Position numbers and translations under genes: made by a program. The notes under the pieces are model-generated. The model ran no database searches. It saw nothing but the letters and a program-made list of their open reading frames with translations, and was not told where the DNA came from. From NCBI RefSeq assembly GCF_006345805.1, contig NC_043026.1:1984001-2048000 (forward strand): 64,000 nucleotides of DNA. The letters run 5' to 3'. This DNA comes from Octopus sinensis. Taxonomy: Eukaryota. Positions 25,985-39,481 of the stretch are shown piece after piece. Numbering within the stretch: the stretch's first letter is position 1; each line of letters starts with the position of its first letter.

Positions 25985-27030
25985 CGAACAGAGACAGGAT
26001 GTAATTCAGAGGGCGCTAGTGCTGGAGGCTGAGGGGGTGGCCAGCTCTGGCAATCACAACAACAAATCTGCTGACAGCAGCAACAGCAACAACAACAGCA
26101 ATACCAACAGCTCCAGCAATGTGCCTGTCAGTAGCAACTACAGCAATTGGGAACTGTGACCCCAGGGTCGCATCCAGCAATAGCAGCAGCAATACCATCA
26201 GCAGCACCAGTGGCAACAGCAGCAACAGCAACAACACTATTATTGGGCCCAGTTCTGACAGCACCATCGGCCACACTAACAACAGCAACAACAGTGGAGG
26301 CGCAATGGCCCAGTGGTTAAAGCAGCGGACTTGCAGTCGGAGGATCGCGGTTTCGATTCCCAGACCGGGCGTTGTGTGTGTTTATTGAGCGAAAACACCC
26401 AAAGGTCCACAAGGCTCTGGTAGGGGGTGGTGGCGACCCCTGTTGTACTCTTTGGCTCCAACTTTCTCACACTCTTTCTTCCTGTTTCTTGTCCCCGACT
26501 TCCTACGCAACTGCTGAGCCTGGAATGCGCATTCATCCATCTGTCGATGCTCTCGGTGTCGGGGGGGCTGACCTGCTTTCTCTTCTGCGGGTCTTACGAA
26601 TAGCAAAGGACCACGTTTCGGACTTCTCCCTCGACAGAGAAGACCACTTCGCTCAACAAACAAACAAACAAACAAACAGCAACAACAGTGACCGTAATAC
26701 CACCAGTACAAGAGCACAGACACAGAAATATGTCGGCTCCACAGGTGGCTCTCTCAAGCAGCATCTTTAGGATACCCAAGAGGTGCAACATCACAGCCCT
26801 GACCAGCTACGTTTTGTGTTTAAAAAAGGAGGGTACACCATACATAATTAAATGGAGGCTCCAAGAACAACCAGAGCCATATCACAACAGGAGTAAACGG
26901 TGTAAGCTTTGCTTGGCTGAAAGAGCAAGGATTCTTTTGAAACTCCAAAAAAGAAGTAAAGAAATATTCAATCAATGGCCTCATCAGAGAAAATTCCTTT
27001 TGCAGACATGGAATTCTCCATTCGCCAACT
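25985..27030 (+). mobile_element. Penelope-like GIY-YIG endonuclease fossil interrupted by a SINE
   Basis: KYVGSTGGSLKQH, TALTSYVLCLK, IKWRL...YHNRSKRCKLCLAERARI. Confidence 0.75.
26297..26674 (+). mobile_element. tRNA-derived SINE with 16-bp target-site duplication
   Basis: A box TGGCCCAGTGG, B box GTTTCGATTCC, (CAAA)n tail; TSD AACAGCAACAACAGTG at 26281-26296 and 26675-26690. Related minus-strand copies near 22260-22570 and 55625-55930. Confidence 0.88.
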
Positions 27031-27548
27031 AGGGAAATGCTATTAATTTTGAAAGTTGTGGACATGGCTGGAACCAGTAAAGTTTTGTTCCAGAAATTTT
27101 TGATTCGAAAATTAACTGACCATGACTTTTTCTTCCTCTAGTTGTAGAGAGGTTATGCACCTCCAGCTATTTGAACCGTCAAATAGTTTTTATAGTTTTT
27201 ATGGTTTTTATAGTTGCAAAACCAATTGTTACTCTATGACTGGCCATAACATTTAATTTCCTAAAAAAATATATCACTGCTCTGATGTTTTGGTGTGCTT
27301 CTTTTTCACATATAAGATCTAATGACGATAGATATATATGTGTGTGTGTGTGTGTATGTATATGTATACATAAGGTGGTAATGTTTCAACAAGTACAAAA
27401 GCACACAATCAGCTAAGAGATTGAAGATAATCGGTGTGTGTGTGTTTGTATAAAGAAGTACTGACAGCACTGACCAACAGTTTATTCAGAGACTCAAATC
27501 GTCCGCAAGTGTGTCTAAGATTTCTATTTCTGCCTTTATACCATTCAG

Positions 27549-27640
27549 GGGGAACATCGGAGATCATTTGTTCACGCCTGGTAAACACTGTTCCAAGTGT
27601 CCAGAAAAGTCTCATCGGTGCAATCATGGGTTATGCCAAG
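27549..27640 (+). CDS. CAP/SCP gene, exon C (end of CAP2 plus Cys-rich hinge)
   Basis: Acceptor ccattcAG, donor GTaaga, phase 2-1. Encodes (R)GNIGDHLFTPGKHCSKCPEKSHRCNHGLCQ(G); hinge pattern C-x2-C-x6-C-x4-C. Confidence 0.92.
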
Positions 27641-27719
27641 GTAAGATACCATTTATACTTACACACTACATACACATACACACACACGTACATACATGAG
27701 TATTTACAGGTGTGATGAA

Positions 27720-29530
27720 ACCACTTACTGGCAGATTAACACCTGTCTAAAAGCTCTGGCTACTTCTGCAAAGCATGAATGACATTCCAAAAGTGAACAA
27801 ACGCGAATCAATAAAGAAAGTAGCAACATGGGATTTGAAGACAGAGAAAAAGATAACTGGTTTATGGAAGACCATCAGTCAGGTAATGAAAGTAAAGAAG
27901 GAGATAGAAATGATATTTGGAGACAGCAAAAAGAGGGCACTCACTTGCAAACTGATCGGCCTCAAGCAGGAGCTAAAAGCTGTCAGTGAAAGACTCCAGA
28001 ATCAGAAGAGAATAACCGAGAGAAGAACAATAAAGAAAAAATTGAACTGGAAGCAGGCAGCAGTATACGGAGACATGAGAGGAGGGGCAATGGACCACAC
28101 AGAAGCTCCCTCCCGACAGGACATAGACTGCTTCTGGAAGAAAATCTGGAGTGAAGAAAAGGAATTAAACCAAGATGCTGCTCTGTAGCTGGAAGAAATC
28201 TGAAGAATTTATTGCTTCTGTCTTGCATCCCAAACCTACAACATCGATGGTGAAACCCTTGCAACCGTGATACAGAAACTCCAAAATGGAAAAGCACCGG
28301 GAAGAGACTTGATACAAGAAGCTAACATTCTACTGACCATATCTTATCAAGCTGTACCAAGACGCTCTCATTGGTAACAGTAGCATACCAAACTGGTTAC
28401 CTCTGACAAAGACAAAATTGAACCCCAAATGCAGAACCATGCACATTTCAAGAAGCTACCAACCAATTGCATGCCAGAATTTAATGTATAAGATAAATAC
28501 TGCATGTTTAAACTTCTTCCTCCAAGGCCATTGTGAAACCAATAACATCATTACATCAGAACCAGCAGAAGAAGGGAAGAAGGGAGTCTGGGGATGTGCC
28601 AAGCAATTGTTAATCAACAAAGCTGTGATGTCAGAGGTGCAAGAGCTTAGGAGGAACCTAGTTTCAATGTGGCTAGACTACAAGAAAGCCTTTGACTCTG
28701 TTCCCCACTCATGGATATTAGAAGCCCTTCAACTTGCTAAAGTTTCAGTGAGAATAGTCAAAGCCATAGCTGACCTGGCTTCATCGTGGGCCACCATCTT
28801 AAAATTAAACACAAAGAGTGACTGTATTATCACCGACTGAATACAGTATCGCAAAGGCATGTTCCCAGGAGACTGCTTCTCTGTGATGTTGTTTACACTT
28901 GATGCACAAAAGGGACAGAGAGACAGGAAAAGCAGACAAAATGTAACAATCAATGCAGATTTTGTGGAGTTAACACCAAAGATATCACTCACATCATAAG
29001 CAGCTATCCGAAAATATCATCATGGTATTATCTACCAATGAGACATGATATTGTAGCTAGGACACTGTATAATGAGATCCATGGGAAGGATAACCCTGAG
29101 GCCAAAGAAATGAGAACCCACAGTATGGTAGAAGCCACAACCACTCATAACACAAAGGGGTACTGGTGGAATGTCCCAAAGAAAACCTCAATAAAATGTA
29201 AACACAATAGACCTGACATAGTGATTAGGGATAACGAAGAGAAACTATGCAGAGCTGTGGAAATAAGCTGCCCAGCAGATGTTAACGAAAGGCTGAAGCA
29301 AAAAGGAAAATACTTACGCAGAGCTCTTGCGGAATCTACAGCAACTTTATCCAGATCACAAGTTCAGGTTTATACCTGTAATTACTGGGACCCTGGGATA
29401 TGTAACACATTGCCTAAATACAAATCTTGAGAAATTAGGCAGAAAGGAGAAAGCTGATTTGAAGACTACAGATCCAATCCATCACTGGAACTGTAAACAT
29501 CTGTAAAACTTTCCAGAAATTTATCATTTA
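27720..29530 (+). mobile_element. R4-like non-LTR retrotransposon, internally deleted (RT plus RLE)
   Basis: DCFWKKIWS, GCAKQLLINKAV, WLDYKKAFDSVPHSW, RHDIVA, HNRPDIVI; several deletions and frameshifts. Confidence 0.9.
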
Positions 29531-29776
29531 AATATATATGAGCGTGTTTAGATATGCAAATATATGCATGAGAATACATACATAAAGTAAAACATACAAA
29601 TCTGCACACATATATACATACATGCATGCATACACACATACACACACATACATACATACGTACGTATGTACGTATGTGCATGCACAGTTGATGTTATTGA
29701 AATTCTCATGAAGTGGACTTGGACCTAGTTTAGAAACCGACTCTCTTGGCAAAAAGTCTTGAAACAAAGCTGAATA

Positions 29777-31050
29777 ATGACATACATACACACACATACA
29801 TACATGCATAATACATACTACATACATACATACATACATACATACACATACATACATACATACATACATACATACATACATACATACATACATACATACA
29901 TACATGCATACATACATACATACATGCATACATGCATACTATACATACAACCTGCATACATCATACTACATACATACATACATACATACATACACACATA
30001 CATACATACATACATACATACATGCATACTACAATACATACATACATACATACATGATACATACATACATACATGCATACATGCATACATACATACATAC
30101 ATACATACATACATGCATACATGCATACATACATACATACATACATACACACATACATACATACATACATACATACATGCATACATACATACATACATAC
30201 ATGCATACATGCATACATACATACATACATACATGCATACATACATACATACATGCATACATGCATACATACATACATACATGCATACATGCATACATAC
30301 ATACATACATACATGCATACATACATATATACATGCATACATGCATACATACATACATACATACATGCATACATACATACATACATACACACATACATAC
30401 ATACATACATACATGCATACATACATATATACATACATACATGCATACATACATACATACATACATACATACATACATACATGCATACATGCATACATAC
30501 ATACATACATGCATACATGCATACATACATACATACATACATGCATACATACATATATACATGCATACATGCATACATACATACATGCATACATACATAC
30601 ATACATACATACATGCATACATGCATACATACATACACACATACATACATACATACATACATGCATACATGCATACATACATACATACATGCATACATGC
30701 ATACATACATACATACATACATGCATACATACATATATACATACATGCATACATGCATACATACATACATACATACATACATACATACATACATGCATGC
30801 ATACATACATACATACATGCATGCATACATACATGCATACATACATACATACATGCATGCATACTTACATACATACATACACACACATACATACACACAC
30901 ATACATACATACATACATACATACATGCATGCATACTTACACACATACATACACACACATACATACATACATACACACATACATACATACACACATACAT
31001 GCATACACACATACATACATACATACATACACACACACACATACATACAT
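29777..31050. repeat. (TACA)n array with interspersed TGCA units
   Basis: Directly visible; a second array lies at about 31703-31925. Confidence 0.97.
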
Positions 31051-31700
31051 GATGGCTGCCCCCTCGTTATCAAGTATGGCCATTGCACAAAGTTTAACTG
31101 TTATTGGTGCTGTGATCGAATGTGACTTTTTAGCCCAGCTAAAGATCTACAATGTCTTGTACAGAATTGGCTGCTAAAACCTTTACCGGTAATGGCCGGC
31201 TGTAGTTGTACCTGGACTTCATGTACCTTTGCATGTCGTTTAAGTCCTCCTGCCAAATTACACTCTCTTCCACATGCCCGACAGATATGATTAGTATGGT
31301 GTGTAACAATACACAGTGGTCAGGTTGTCACTCATCTGTCTCGGTTTATGACTACAAAGATGACTCATGAGTCCAGCTTTACTGAGGCAGGGTCTTGCAC
31401 AGACACTGCATGTCAGCATCATAGGAAGACCCATCTGGAAGCGTAACAGCGATGCCCTTCCTGACATCCCTCCTTACTTCTCATGTGCAACTCGAGATTT
31501 CTCAAAAGTGACTGTCCCCTCGTGCACAATCCTTCTCCACCTGCTACAATCAATAGCTATGCCCTCCCATGTTTAAGGAAAGATACAAACATCTCCTAAA
31601 GAAACCTTCAGCAAGTCCTTATACCTCTTTTTTGGTTTATGTGGGGGTCATTCTCCTTTAGCTAACTCTCCATAAAAGAGTTCTTTTGGCATCCTTGAAT
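31050..31700 (-). mobile_element. RTE-clade LINE 3' fragment with terminal C2H2 finger
   Basis: DSRMPKELFYGEL..., HICRACGRECNLAGGLKRHAKVH. Confidence 0.75.
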
Positions 31701-31924
31701 CTATACATACATACATACATACATACATACATACATACATGCATGCATACATACATACATACATACATACATACATACATACATGCATACATGCATACAT
31801 ACATACATACATACATACATGCATACATACATACATACATACATACATACATACATACATACATACATACATACATACATACATACATACATACATACAT
31901 ACATACATGCATGCATGCATGCAT

Positions 31925-32130
31925 GAATGTAGGTTTTGTTAGTAAATGCTTAAAGGAGAATCTGGATAAACTGGGATTTTCAGAAAGAGAAACTGACCAG
32001 TTGATTCATACATTACAAGCGCAATCTGTAAGTGGAACAGTAGAAATATGCAAGACTTTTCTCAAGTTCCAAATGTGAATTTCTCTCAGTGGAAGATTTA
32101 TAATAATTAAAAACTAGAAGAAACATACAT
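31925..32130 (+). mobile_element. R4-like LINE extreme 3' end (second subfamily)
   Basis: NLDKLGFSERETDQLIHTLQAQSVSGTVEICKTFLKF*, homologous to the decayed end at 29420-29520. Confidence 0.7.
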
Positions 32131-33579
32131 ACATTTAGAATGAGACCACTTACCTAAACACTCTGAGAGATGCATTGATGGAACCGTACTATTAAAACCA
32201 AATGTACAGGTATGTTTAATTGTAAATAAATGAAACTAGGTTGGTGCCTGTCTCGTTTCAGTCAAAGATGTCCGTGCGTCCATGTGTTCTGCTTCTGGTC
32301 ATTTTGCCTTTGATGTCCACTAAACTTATCAATGACGAAAACCTACGGAGATTCATCGTCCGTTTCCATAGCAAGATCCGTCTTGTTGATTTGTTAGCTC
32401 AAACTCTCTCAAGAAGAAATTAAATAAAACTCAAAGAAAAATCATACACGAGTGGCTGTGTGGTAAGAAGCTTGCTTCCCAACCACATGGTTCCAGTTCA
32501 GTCCCACTGGTGGCACCTTGGGCAAGTGTCTTCTACTATAGCTGTGGGCTGACTAATGCCTTGTGGGAGGATTTGGTAGATGGAAACTGAAAGAAGCCTG
32601 TCATATATATATGTATGTATGTATGTATGTATATGTATATATATGTATATATGTATTTGTTGTTTGTATCTGTGTTTGTTCCCCCACCATCGCTTGACAA
32701 CTGATGTTGGTCTGTTTATGTCAGACGACAATGCCACCCCCACCTCCTCCATTGCTGACCTCCACCACTGTTTGACTCATCTCTGAAGCCTACTATCACT
32801 TTGGGTTGCAGACAAAACAAATATACTTGCACAGCTCTTCCTGTGCAAAAATTTTCTGAAAATTCCCCTCAAAAATAAAAAAGGTTATTAGGGGTTGTAT
32901 GTCATGCATAATTCATTCGTTTACAGTTTCATATAAAAACACATGTGCTATTTTCAGCATGTTGGCAAAATGTGCTGTCCCGCACAAAATGACAGCTTCC
33001 AAATCCTGTTTCCTGATTGGGTGAAAATGATCAAACTTTAAACCGCTATAACTTTTTAAAATTTTTTCTGGAAAAAGGGACATAACTCCAGTAATAACTT
33101 CAGCTTGGAAAACTACATTAATATACCAAATTAAAAAATTTTCAATGAACTTTGATTTTTGAAATCTTGGCAGCCAAACAGAAAAAATCCATGGTGTGGG
33201 TGGTGTTCTTGGTATTGTTGTTTGTGTGTGGGGTGTTGTGGTTGTCTTGATTTGGTTTTGTATGTTTGTGTTGTTGTTATAGGTGTTCATAATACATAAT
33301 ACATGCATATATGCACATCAAATCTATGTTTGTAATCAAATCAATGTTTTAATGATTAGACAGAGGTCCAGTAGAATAGCTCTCAGAAACAGACTACGTA
33401 CAAATTCATTCTTCACAACTCCTGAAGCTTTTTTCTGACAAGCTGGAGGCTCCAATTGAAACAGGGGACCCGAAATGAGAAGGTTGAGAAATGCTGTTAT
33501 AGATTGTGCCTAACCGAAAACAATCTCAGCCACAACATCCAAACAGACAGAGTGAAACCGGGCTTAGCTGCTAGTTTAA

Positions 33580-33793
33580 CCCTTTAGTGTTCACATTATT
33601 CTGCCACAATTAATGCTTCTTCATCCACATTGTTTTGAACTAATCATCTTGGAGCTATGAGATTTTGATGAGGTAGCTGTTAATTTTTAAAATGATATTG
33701 TAGGATTGGTGTGAGAGACCAGATCTGGCCAGTTTGAACATAAAACAGGCAGAGTACTTTTGGCCGGATATGGCCGGTTTAAATGCTAAAGGG
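33580..33793. mobile_element. piggyBac-type MITE
   Basis: TTAA duplication on both sides and CCCTTTAG terminal inverted repeats; related decayed copy near 52680-53075. Confidence 0.85.
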
Positions 33794-33794
33794 T

Positions 33795-33832
<38 letters not shown>

Positions 33833-34311
33833 ATCAAATATTACTAAGAATTCTAAGTGAAGGATTAGGAAATAAGAAAAAATTGGAATTCAAGGCGGAT
33901 TCTTTTCATAATCTGTGCATTGTTAAGAATATGTTTTCCAATATATATAAATCAAACACCCTTAAAGCCAGGAACATTTTAGCTCACCCTTGTATATATA
34001 TATATAGCATGCTTCTTCACAGTTTGCATTTACCAAATTCACTTTGATTGACTCGGGGATATGGTAGGAGACACCTACCCATGGTTCTGTGCAGGGGACT
34101 GAACCCAAGACTACATGGCTGGTAGACAAGCTCTTAACCACAGCCACACCTGTAATTGATAATAATTTTGTAAATAAAATCTTTAAAGATAATTAAAAGC
34201 AAACAGTCAAATGACTCCAGGTGAGATGTCCCTTAAAATGTCAAATCCATTAATCTTGATGACATTTTTTAAAATCCTCTGAAACTTGAACTTTTATCCT
34301 CTCTCTTAAAG

Positions 34312-34424
34312 GTCACTGCTACGACCATTTTAAGAAGTGCCGTAGATTGGCAGCGAAGGGAAAGTGTCTCACCGATGTAGCCTTCATGGAGTTTTCTTGC
34401 ACTAAATCTTGCCGCCTCTGTTGA
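34312..34424 (+). CDS. CAP/SCP gene, terminal exon encoding a ShKT (ShK-toxin-like) domain
   Basis: Pyrimidine tract plus aAG acceptor; phase 1 matches exon C. Encodes (G)HCYDHFKKCRRLAAKGKCLTDVAFMEFSCTKSCRLC-stop (TGA 34422-34424); C-x6-C-x8-C-x10-C-x3-C-x2-C. Confidence 0.88.
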
Positions 34425-34516
34425 AACACCAGTCACAGTCAACAGCAAGGATTTTCACCCTTCTGCAGTCACATGTTTCTCAATAACACACAGACAGACA
34501 TCTGCTGTGGGGCACT

Positions 34517-34522
34517 AATAAA
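34517..34522 (+). promoter_or_regulatory. Candidate polyadenylation signal of the CAP-ShKT gene
   Basis: AATAAA about 90 nt after the stop codon, followed by a GT/T-rich tract. Confidence 0.5.
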
Positions 34523-34545
34523 CACACGACTGATTACTATTAACA

Positions 34546-34576
34546 TTGCTGTTGTTGTTGTTCTTCTTCTTCTTCC

Positions 34577-34608
<32 letters not shown>

Positions 34609-34772
34609 CTCTTCTTTTTCTTCTTCTTCTTCTACCTCTTCTTCTTTTTCTTCTTCTTCTACCTCTTCTTCCTCTTCCTCTTCTTTTTCTTCTTCTTCTT
34701 CTACCTCTTCTTCTTCCTCTTCTTTTTCTTCTTCTTCTACCTCTTCTTCCTCTTCCTCTTCTTCTTCCTTCC

Positions 34773-34809
<37 letters not shown>

Positions 34810-34850
34810 TTTCTTCCTCCTCCTATTCTTCTTCTTCTTCTTCCTCTTCT
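34546..34850. repeat. (CTT)n-rich microsatellite just downstream of the CAP-ShKT gene
   Basis: Directly visible. Confidence 0.95.
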
Positions 34851-35542
34851 TTACCGTCTCCTTTCTTGGCTACTGCTGCTTAAACAATCAAAACCAAGAA
34901 CCCACATCCCTCAGGAAAAATGATATTTCACCTATAATGTTTTGTGTATCATTTTTGATAAATTCCTCCAGGAGAATACCATATTTTGCAGAATATAACT
35001 CAAATTTTTCTGACCAAAATTTACAGCCAAGACTAAGACTGCTCTGAAGGAACAGAATTTTCATGTAAAATGTTGGAAGACTTTTAGAAAGATAGTGAAT
35101 AATGTTTGAACATTTACACTACAGAATTACATTACATTTTGATTTCAAATTTTGGCACAAGGCCAGCAATTTCGGGGAGGAGTAAGCTGATTAGATCGTC
35201 TCCAGTGTTCAACTGGTACCTATTTTATCGACCCTGAAAGGATGAAAGGCAGAGTCAACATCAGTGAAATTTGAACTCAGAACGTAATGGCAAACGAAAT
35301 ACCACTAAGCATTTTGCTAGGGGTGTTAACTATTCTGCCAGCTCACCACCTTATTTACCAGAGAATACAGTATATGCCATCAGTGATTCAAAAGAATTAC
35401 TCCAATAGCTCTATGGTAAGACATTTGTGTTTCAACCACTTGGTTCCAAGATCAGTCCCACTGGGCAAGTGTCTTCTATTATAGCTTTGGGTCAACCAAA
35501 GCCATGTGAGTGGATTTGGTAGACTGAAACTGAAAGAAGCCC

Positions 35543-35580
<38 letters not shown>

Positions 35581-35699
35581 TGCGTGTGTGTGTAGGTGTC
35601 AGGAAGGCTATTTCAGTTGAGGTATGGCACAGTTGAGGTATGGCACACTTCAGCTGGGTGCATAACTAGAGGCAGTTATCCACCCCATAGGCAAGTGCA

Positions 35700-36070
35700 T
35701 GTTTTCTGACAGCTAGCAAGAAGAACATGATGAGATGAACCACATCGGTTCAACAAAGATAAGACCTGCTTTTTCGTATTTCTCATCAACTTAATGCTGC
35801 AAACATCTGAATCATATTAAGTTCTGATGGACAACCTATTTCGTTTTTGTCAACTTTGCCTCGCAAACACCTTTTCAGTTTGTCTGAATCAACACAATCC
35901 TACCCAAATCGTGAGCTAAATTCATCTCTGCTCACTTTTAACAATTTCCATCTCCAAATGATTTGTTCATAAGTTTTATCGCTTTTCTCTGACTTCACTC
36001 ATCACTCGTTAACTCTCTTTACGATTTTAATAAATTTAATTATTTGTTTAAAATCTGTCCTAGGATATTC
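35700..36070 (-). mobile_element. Old mariner N-terminal fossil
   Basis: FKQIIKFIKI and KAIKLMNKSFGD resemble the mariner HTH region. Confidence 0.45.
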
Positions 36071-36259
36071 CATTACACATGCTTCTCAAAAGCACATTTA
36101 CTGGACTTTTCCACAAACACTTTCATACTGTAAATTGCCAACTCACTACATTGGTTACTTTGGTGACATTTTACATTGATGACTCATGACATATATATAT
36201 ATACACATATATATATATACACATATATATACACATATGTGTTTGTGTTTTCATGCCTG

Positions 36260-36600
36260 TTTTTAATAATAATAATAATGAAATTATTGTATACAGTGCT
36301 CAGGTGCAGCACAACTTGTCAAAAGTGCATATAAAGCATATGCAGTAATGTAGAAGTGTCTGGGAAGTGAACAGTGTATGAATCAGATACATGCTTGCGT
36401 GTGTACGGAGGGGAGAAAATCAGGTGTAGTGTTGGCGAATCTCAGGAAGCATGGAAATTTTGAAGGATGCAGTGCTCCGACAACTAACAACTGATGCCGG
36501 CAGTCTGTTCCATGCTTCAGCAACTCTTAGCATGAGAAAACGTTTCCTGAAGTCATGCGAGCTGTTTTCTGACTTTGCAAACATGTCCACGGGTGTTTGC
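36260..36600 (-). mobile_element. CR1-clade LINE 3' end with (TAT)n tail
   Basis: LRVAEAWNRLPASVVSCRSTASFK resembles the CR1 C-terminal RVVxxWNxLP motif. Confidence 0.75.
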
Positions 36601-37799
36601 TTGATAACTGGTTATAGTATGTTTAAGTCCCTGTAAATTAGGGGTTCGCCAAAAGAGACCGATAGAAAATGTATCAGGCTTAAAAAAATATGCTGGGGTC
36701 GATTCATGTGGCTAAAAATTCCTCAAGGTGGCGCTCCAACATGACACCAGCCAAATGACTGAAGCAAGTAAAAAATAAAAAATAAAAGATATCAATAGAA
36801 ATACTTTATTCAGCAAAGCATCAATAGTTTTTGTTTTATTATTATCATTATTTTCCTTTTTTTTTTGTTTGTTTTAACATTTTTCAAAAATTTTTTTATA
36901 GTCACCAAAAATGACAAAAAATCTTTTTAAATAATATTTTATTGTATAATAAATAATAAAAATAATCATTTCTAGAATTGACGCAAGGCAACACATTTGG
37001 GAGAAGAAGCTCTGCAGATTCTGCCAATAAGAATCCTTTCTACAAAAGACATAAAGCCTGGAAATTTGGCAGAGGTGGGAGAGGGAGTGTTTGGGTGATT
37101 ACATTGACCCCAGTATATGACTGGTACTTATTTCATCGACCCTGAAAGGATGAAAGACAAAGTTGACTTTTAAGGGATTTCAACTCAGAATGTAAAGAGA
37201 TGGAAAAAATACCAGTAGGCATTTTGTTTGGCTGGCTAACGATTCTGCCAGCTAACTGCCTTAATGATAATAATAATAATAATTCTTCCTGCTGAAGGCA
37301 CAACGCCTGAAATTTGCGGGGTGGGGGTGACAAGTCGATTGCATTGACCCTAGTGCTTCACTAGTGCTTAATTTATTGATGCTGAAAGGATGAAAGGCAA
37401 AGTCAACCTCGGCAGAATTTGAACTCAGAACATAAAGATAGTCAAAATGTCACAAAGCACTTTGCCTGGCGTGCTAAAGATTCTGCCTTCTCACTGCCTG
37501 ATATAATAATAATAATAATAATAATGATTTCTTTAATAACCACAGTCGTTTACATTTAGAAAATCCTTATGGACAGTAGAGGACAAAATAAAGAATGTGT
37601 GTTATTGTGAGGGTTTTGTGATGAACAAAAAACATATTTCAACAATGAGTAATCCTCAATAGGGAGGAGACATTCAAGGATTGCTCATGGAAAAACCTCA
37701 TAAAAACCATGGGTACCCTGACTGTTAGGGCAGGTACCTTTTTAATTTTTTTAAATTTTTAATGCTTGAAGGCATTCCAAATGCCACCCCACCTTGGTC

Positions 37800-38760
37800 T
37801 CTCATTTATCCAGGACTACAGCTCCATTAAAGGAACCAGATTAAGAGATCAGAGCAAAATAACAACATGGACATACACTAAGAAGCTCTCTCCACAAAAC
37901 TTAATCCAATAACATCGGTGCAATGGAAGGAAAACTTTGCAATACAACTATGGGGGAAAGTTCTGTTAAGGGAAAGGAACTAAAAACTGAGAAAGTTTCT
38001 TTTTTATATCTCAATGAGACATGTGTAAGAAGTTGAAGCCAGCACCAGGAACCCTGGAAAAACACATGAAATTACACAGTAAGTAAATTGAATAATTACC
38101 GATACATGCAACTGTCCATGTATCTATTTATAAGCAACATAAATAATGCCTACATGCAAGACACATACACACAAAACGCACGTATCACGAGCAACGCAAA
38201 ACCAAACATAACAAAGCAACTTCCCACAAACGAATATAAAAAGGAGCAAATTAGTCAGTCGCTTTAAAACGTGAAGAAATAGTTATGCCTAGAAACATAG
38301 TTATCAACAACAAAAAAATAGAGGCAATTTCCTGTAATATAACAAATATATCCATTCAAAGAACAAGGAAGCAGTTCTTGAACTTGCTAGAGGAATAAAT
38401 GGTAAGACAAAACAAGCCAGAAAAATCAAAATATAAAACAAAGATCTCATAAAACTTGCTGCAACCAAGAAACTGCTGAAACAGGATAAAGCTGAAAGCT
38501 CAACGGCTTAGAAGGTAAGATAAAAATAATCAGTTTTTATAGACAAAACAAGGTATTCAAGATGGATGCAAAGAAATTTTATAGAAATATTGGCAAAAGT
38601 AAGATAGAAGTAAAGGAGCCGACTAAAACTGAGAAAATGGAAGAGTTCTGGAAGAAGATATGGAGCAAGAAAACTTAATATAATATGATATGAGCTGACT
38701 GAATAGAGAATGGCAAAATGGGACTAGATGAAGTTGAAGAGCAGAAATAGAAGGCAATAG
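37800..38760 (+). mobile_element. R4-like LINE pre-RT fragment
   Basis: KAQRLRR...YRQNKVFKMDAKKFYRNIG...EEFWKKIWS. Confidence 0.7.
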
Positions 38761-39381
38761 TATATACATATATGAATGTATATATATATATATACATATG
38801 AATATATATATATATATACATATGAATATATATATATATGAATATATATATATATAAATATATATGCATATATATAGAAACACATATATATAATTAAAAT
38901 CAAAATAAGGGTGAAAAAATTGGATATTAATTTAATAACATCAATTTAACACCAAGTGGTTTAGCGCATAAAAAACTGAGATTCAGTAAATATTAATACA
39001 CAAATATGAGAGAGAATCCACTATGTGGACACTCTTACGCTAAAAATATATCTGCAATGGTCTCAACCACTAAGAATTGTTCTCAAGAAAAATTGATGTT
39101 ATCAAATTAATATCCAATTTTTTTACCTTTATTTTGATTTTAATTATAATTAATATGTTCTCAAATTGGCACTAACGACTGCAGTGAATTATTTATGCAG
39201 TATTTATTTCCGGGAATTTTGGCACGCTCGAACGAGGGCATTTGAACATGACTGGGAATATAATAGGCCGAACTATTCGTGTTTTTTGACTTCATGTTAA
39301 TATCTGACGTGCAGTTCGACAAATTATATTTATGACGAATCCTACTGATGATCTGGAGATTTATTGTATAAGTAAAATTGC

Positions 39382-39481
39382 NNNNNNNNNNNNNNNNNNN
39401 NNNNNNNNNNNNNNNNNNNNNNNNNNNNNNNNNNNNNNNNNNNNNNNNNNNNNNNNNNNNNNNNNNNNNNNNNNNNNNNNN
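39382..39481. other. Assembly gap (100 N)
   Basis: Run of exactly 100 N, the usual placeholder for a gap of unknown size. Confidence 0.99.

Noticed and set aside
29777-31177. 300-466-aa H/T/Y/I/M/C/V ORFs
   Set aside because: (TACA/TGCA)n microsatellite, open in several frames on both strands.
34473-34923. Poly-Leu and poly-Phe transmembrane-looking ORFs
   Set aside because: (CTT)n microsatellite downstream of the CAP-ShKT stop codon.
34930-35065. Open minus-strand frame SLGCKFW...NIIG as a PTER 3' exon
   Set aside because: Only a chance LGC match; lacks YLEYDLFG and starts in phase 0 whereas phase 1 is required.
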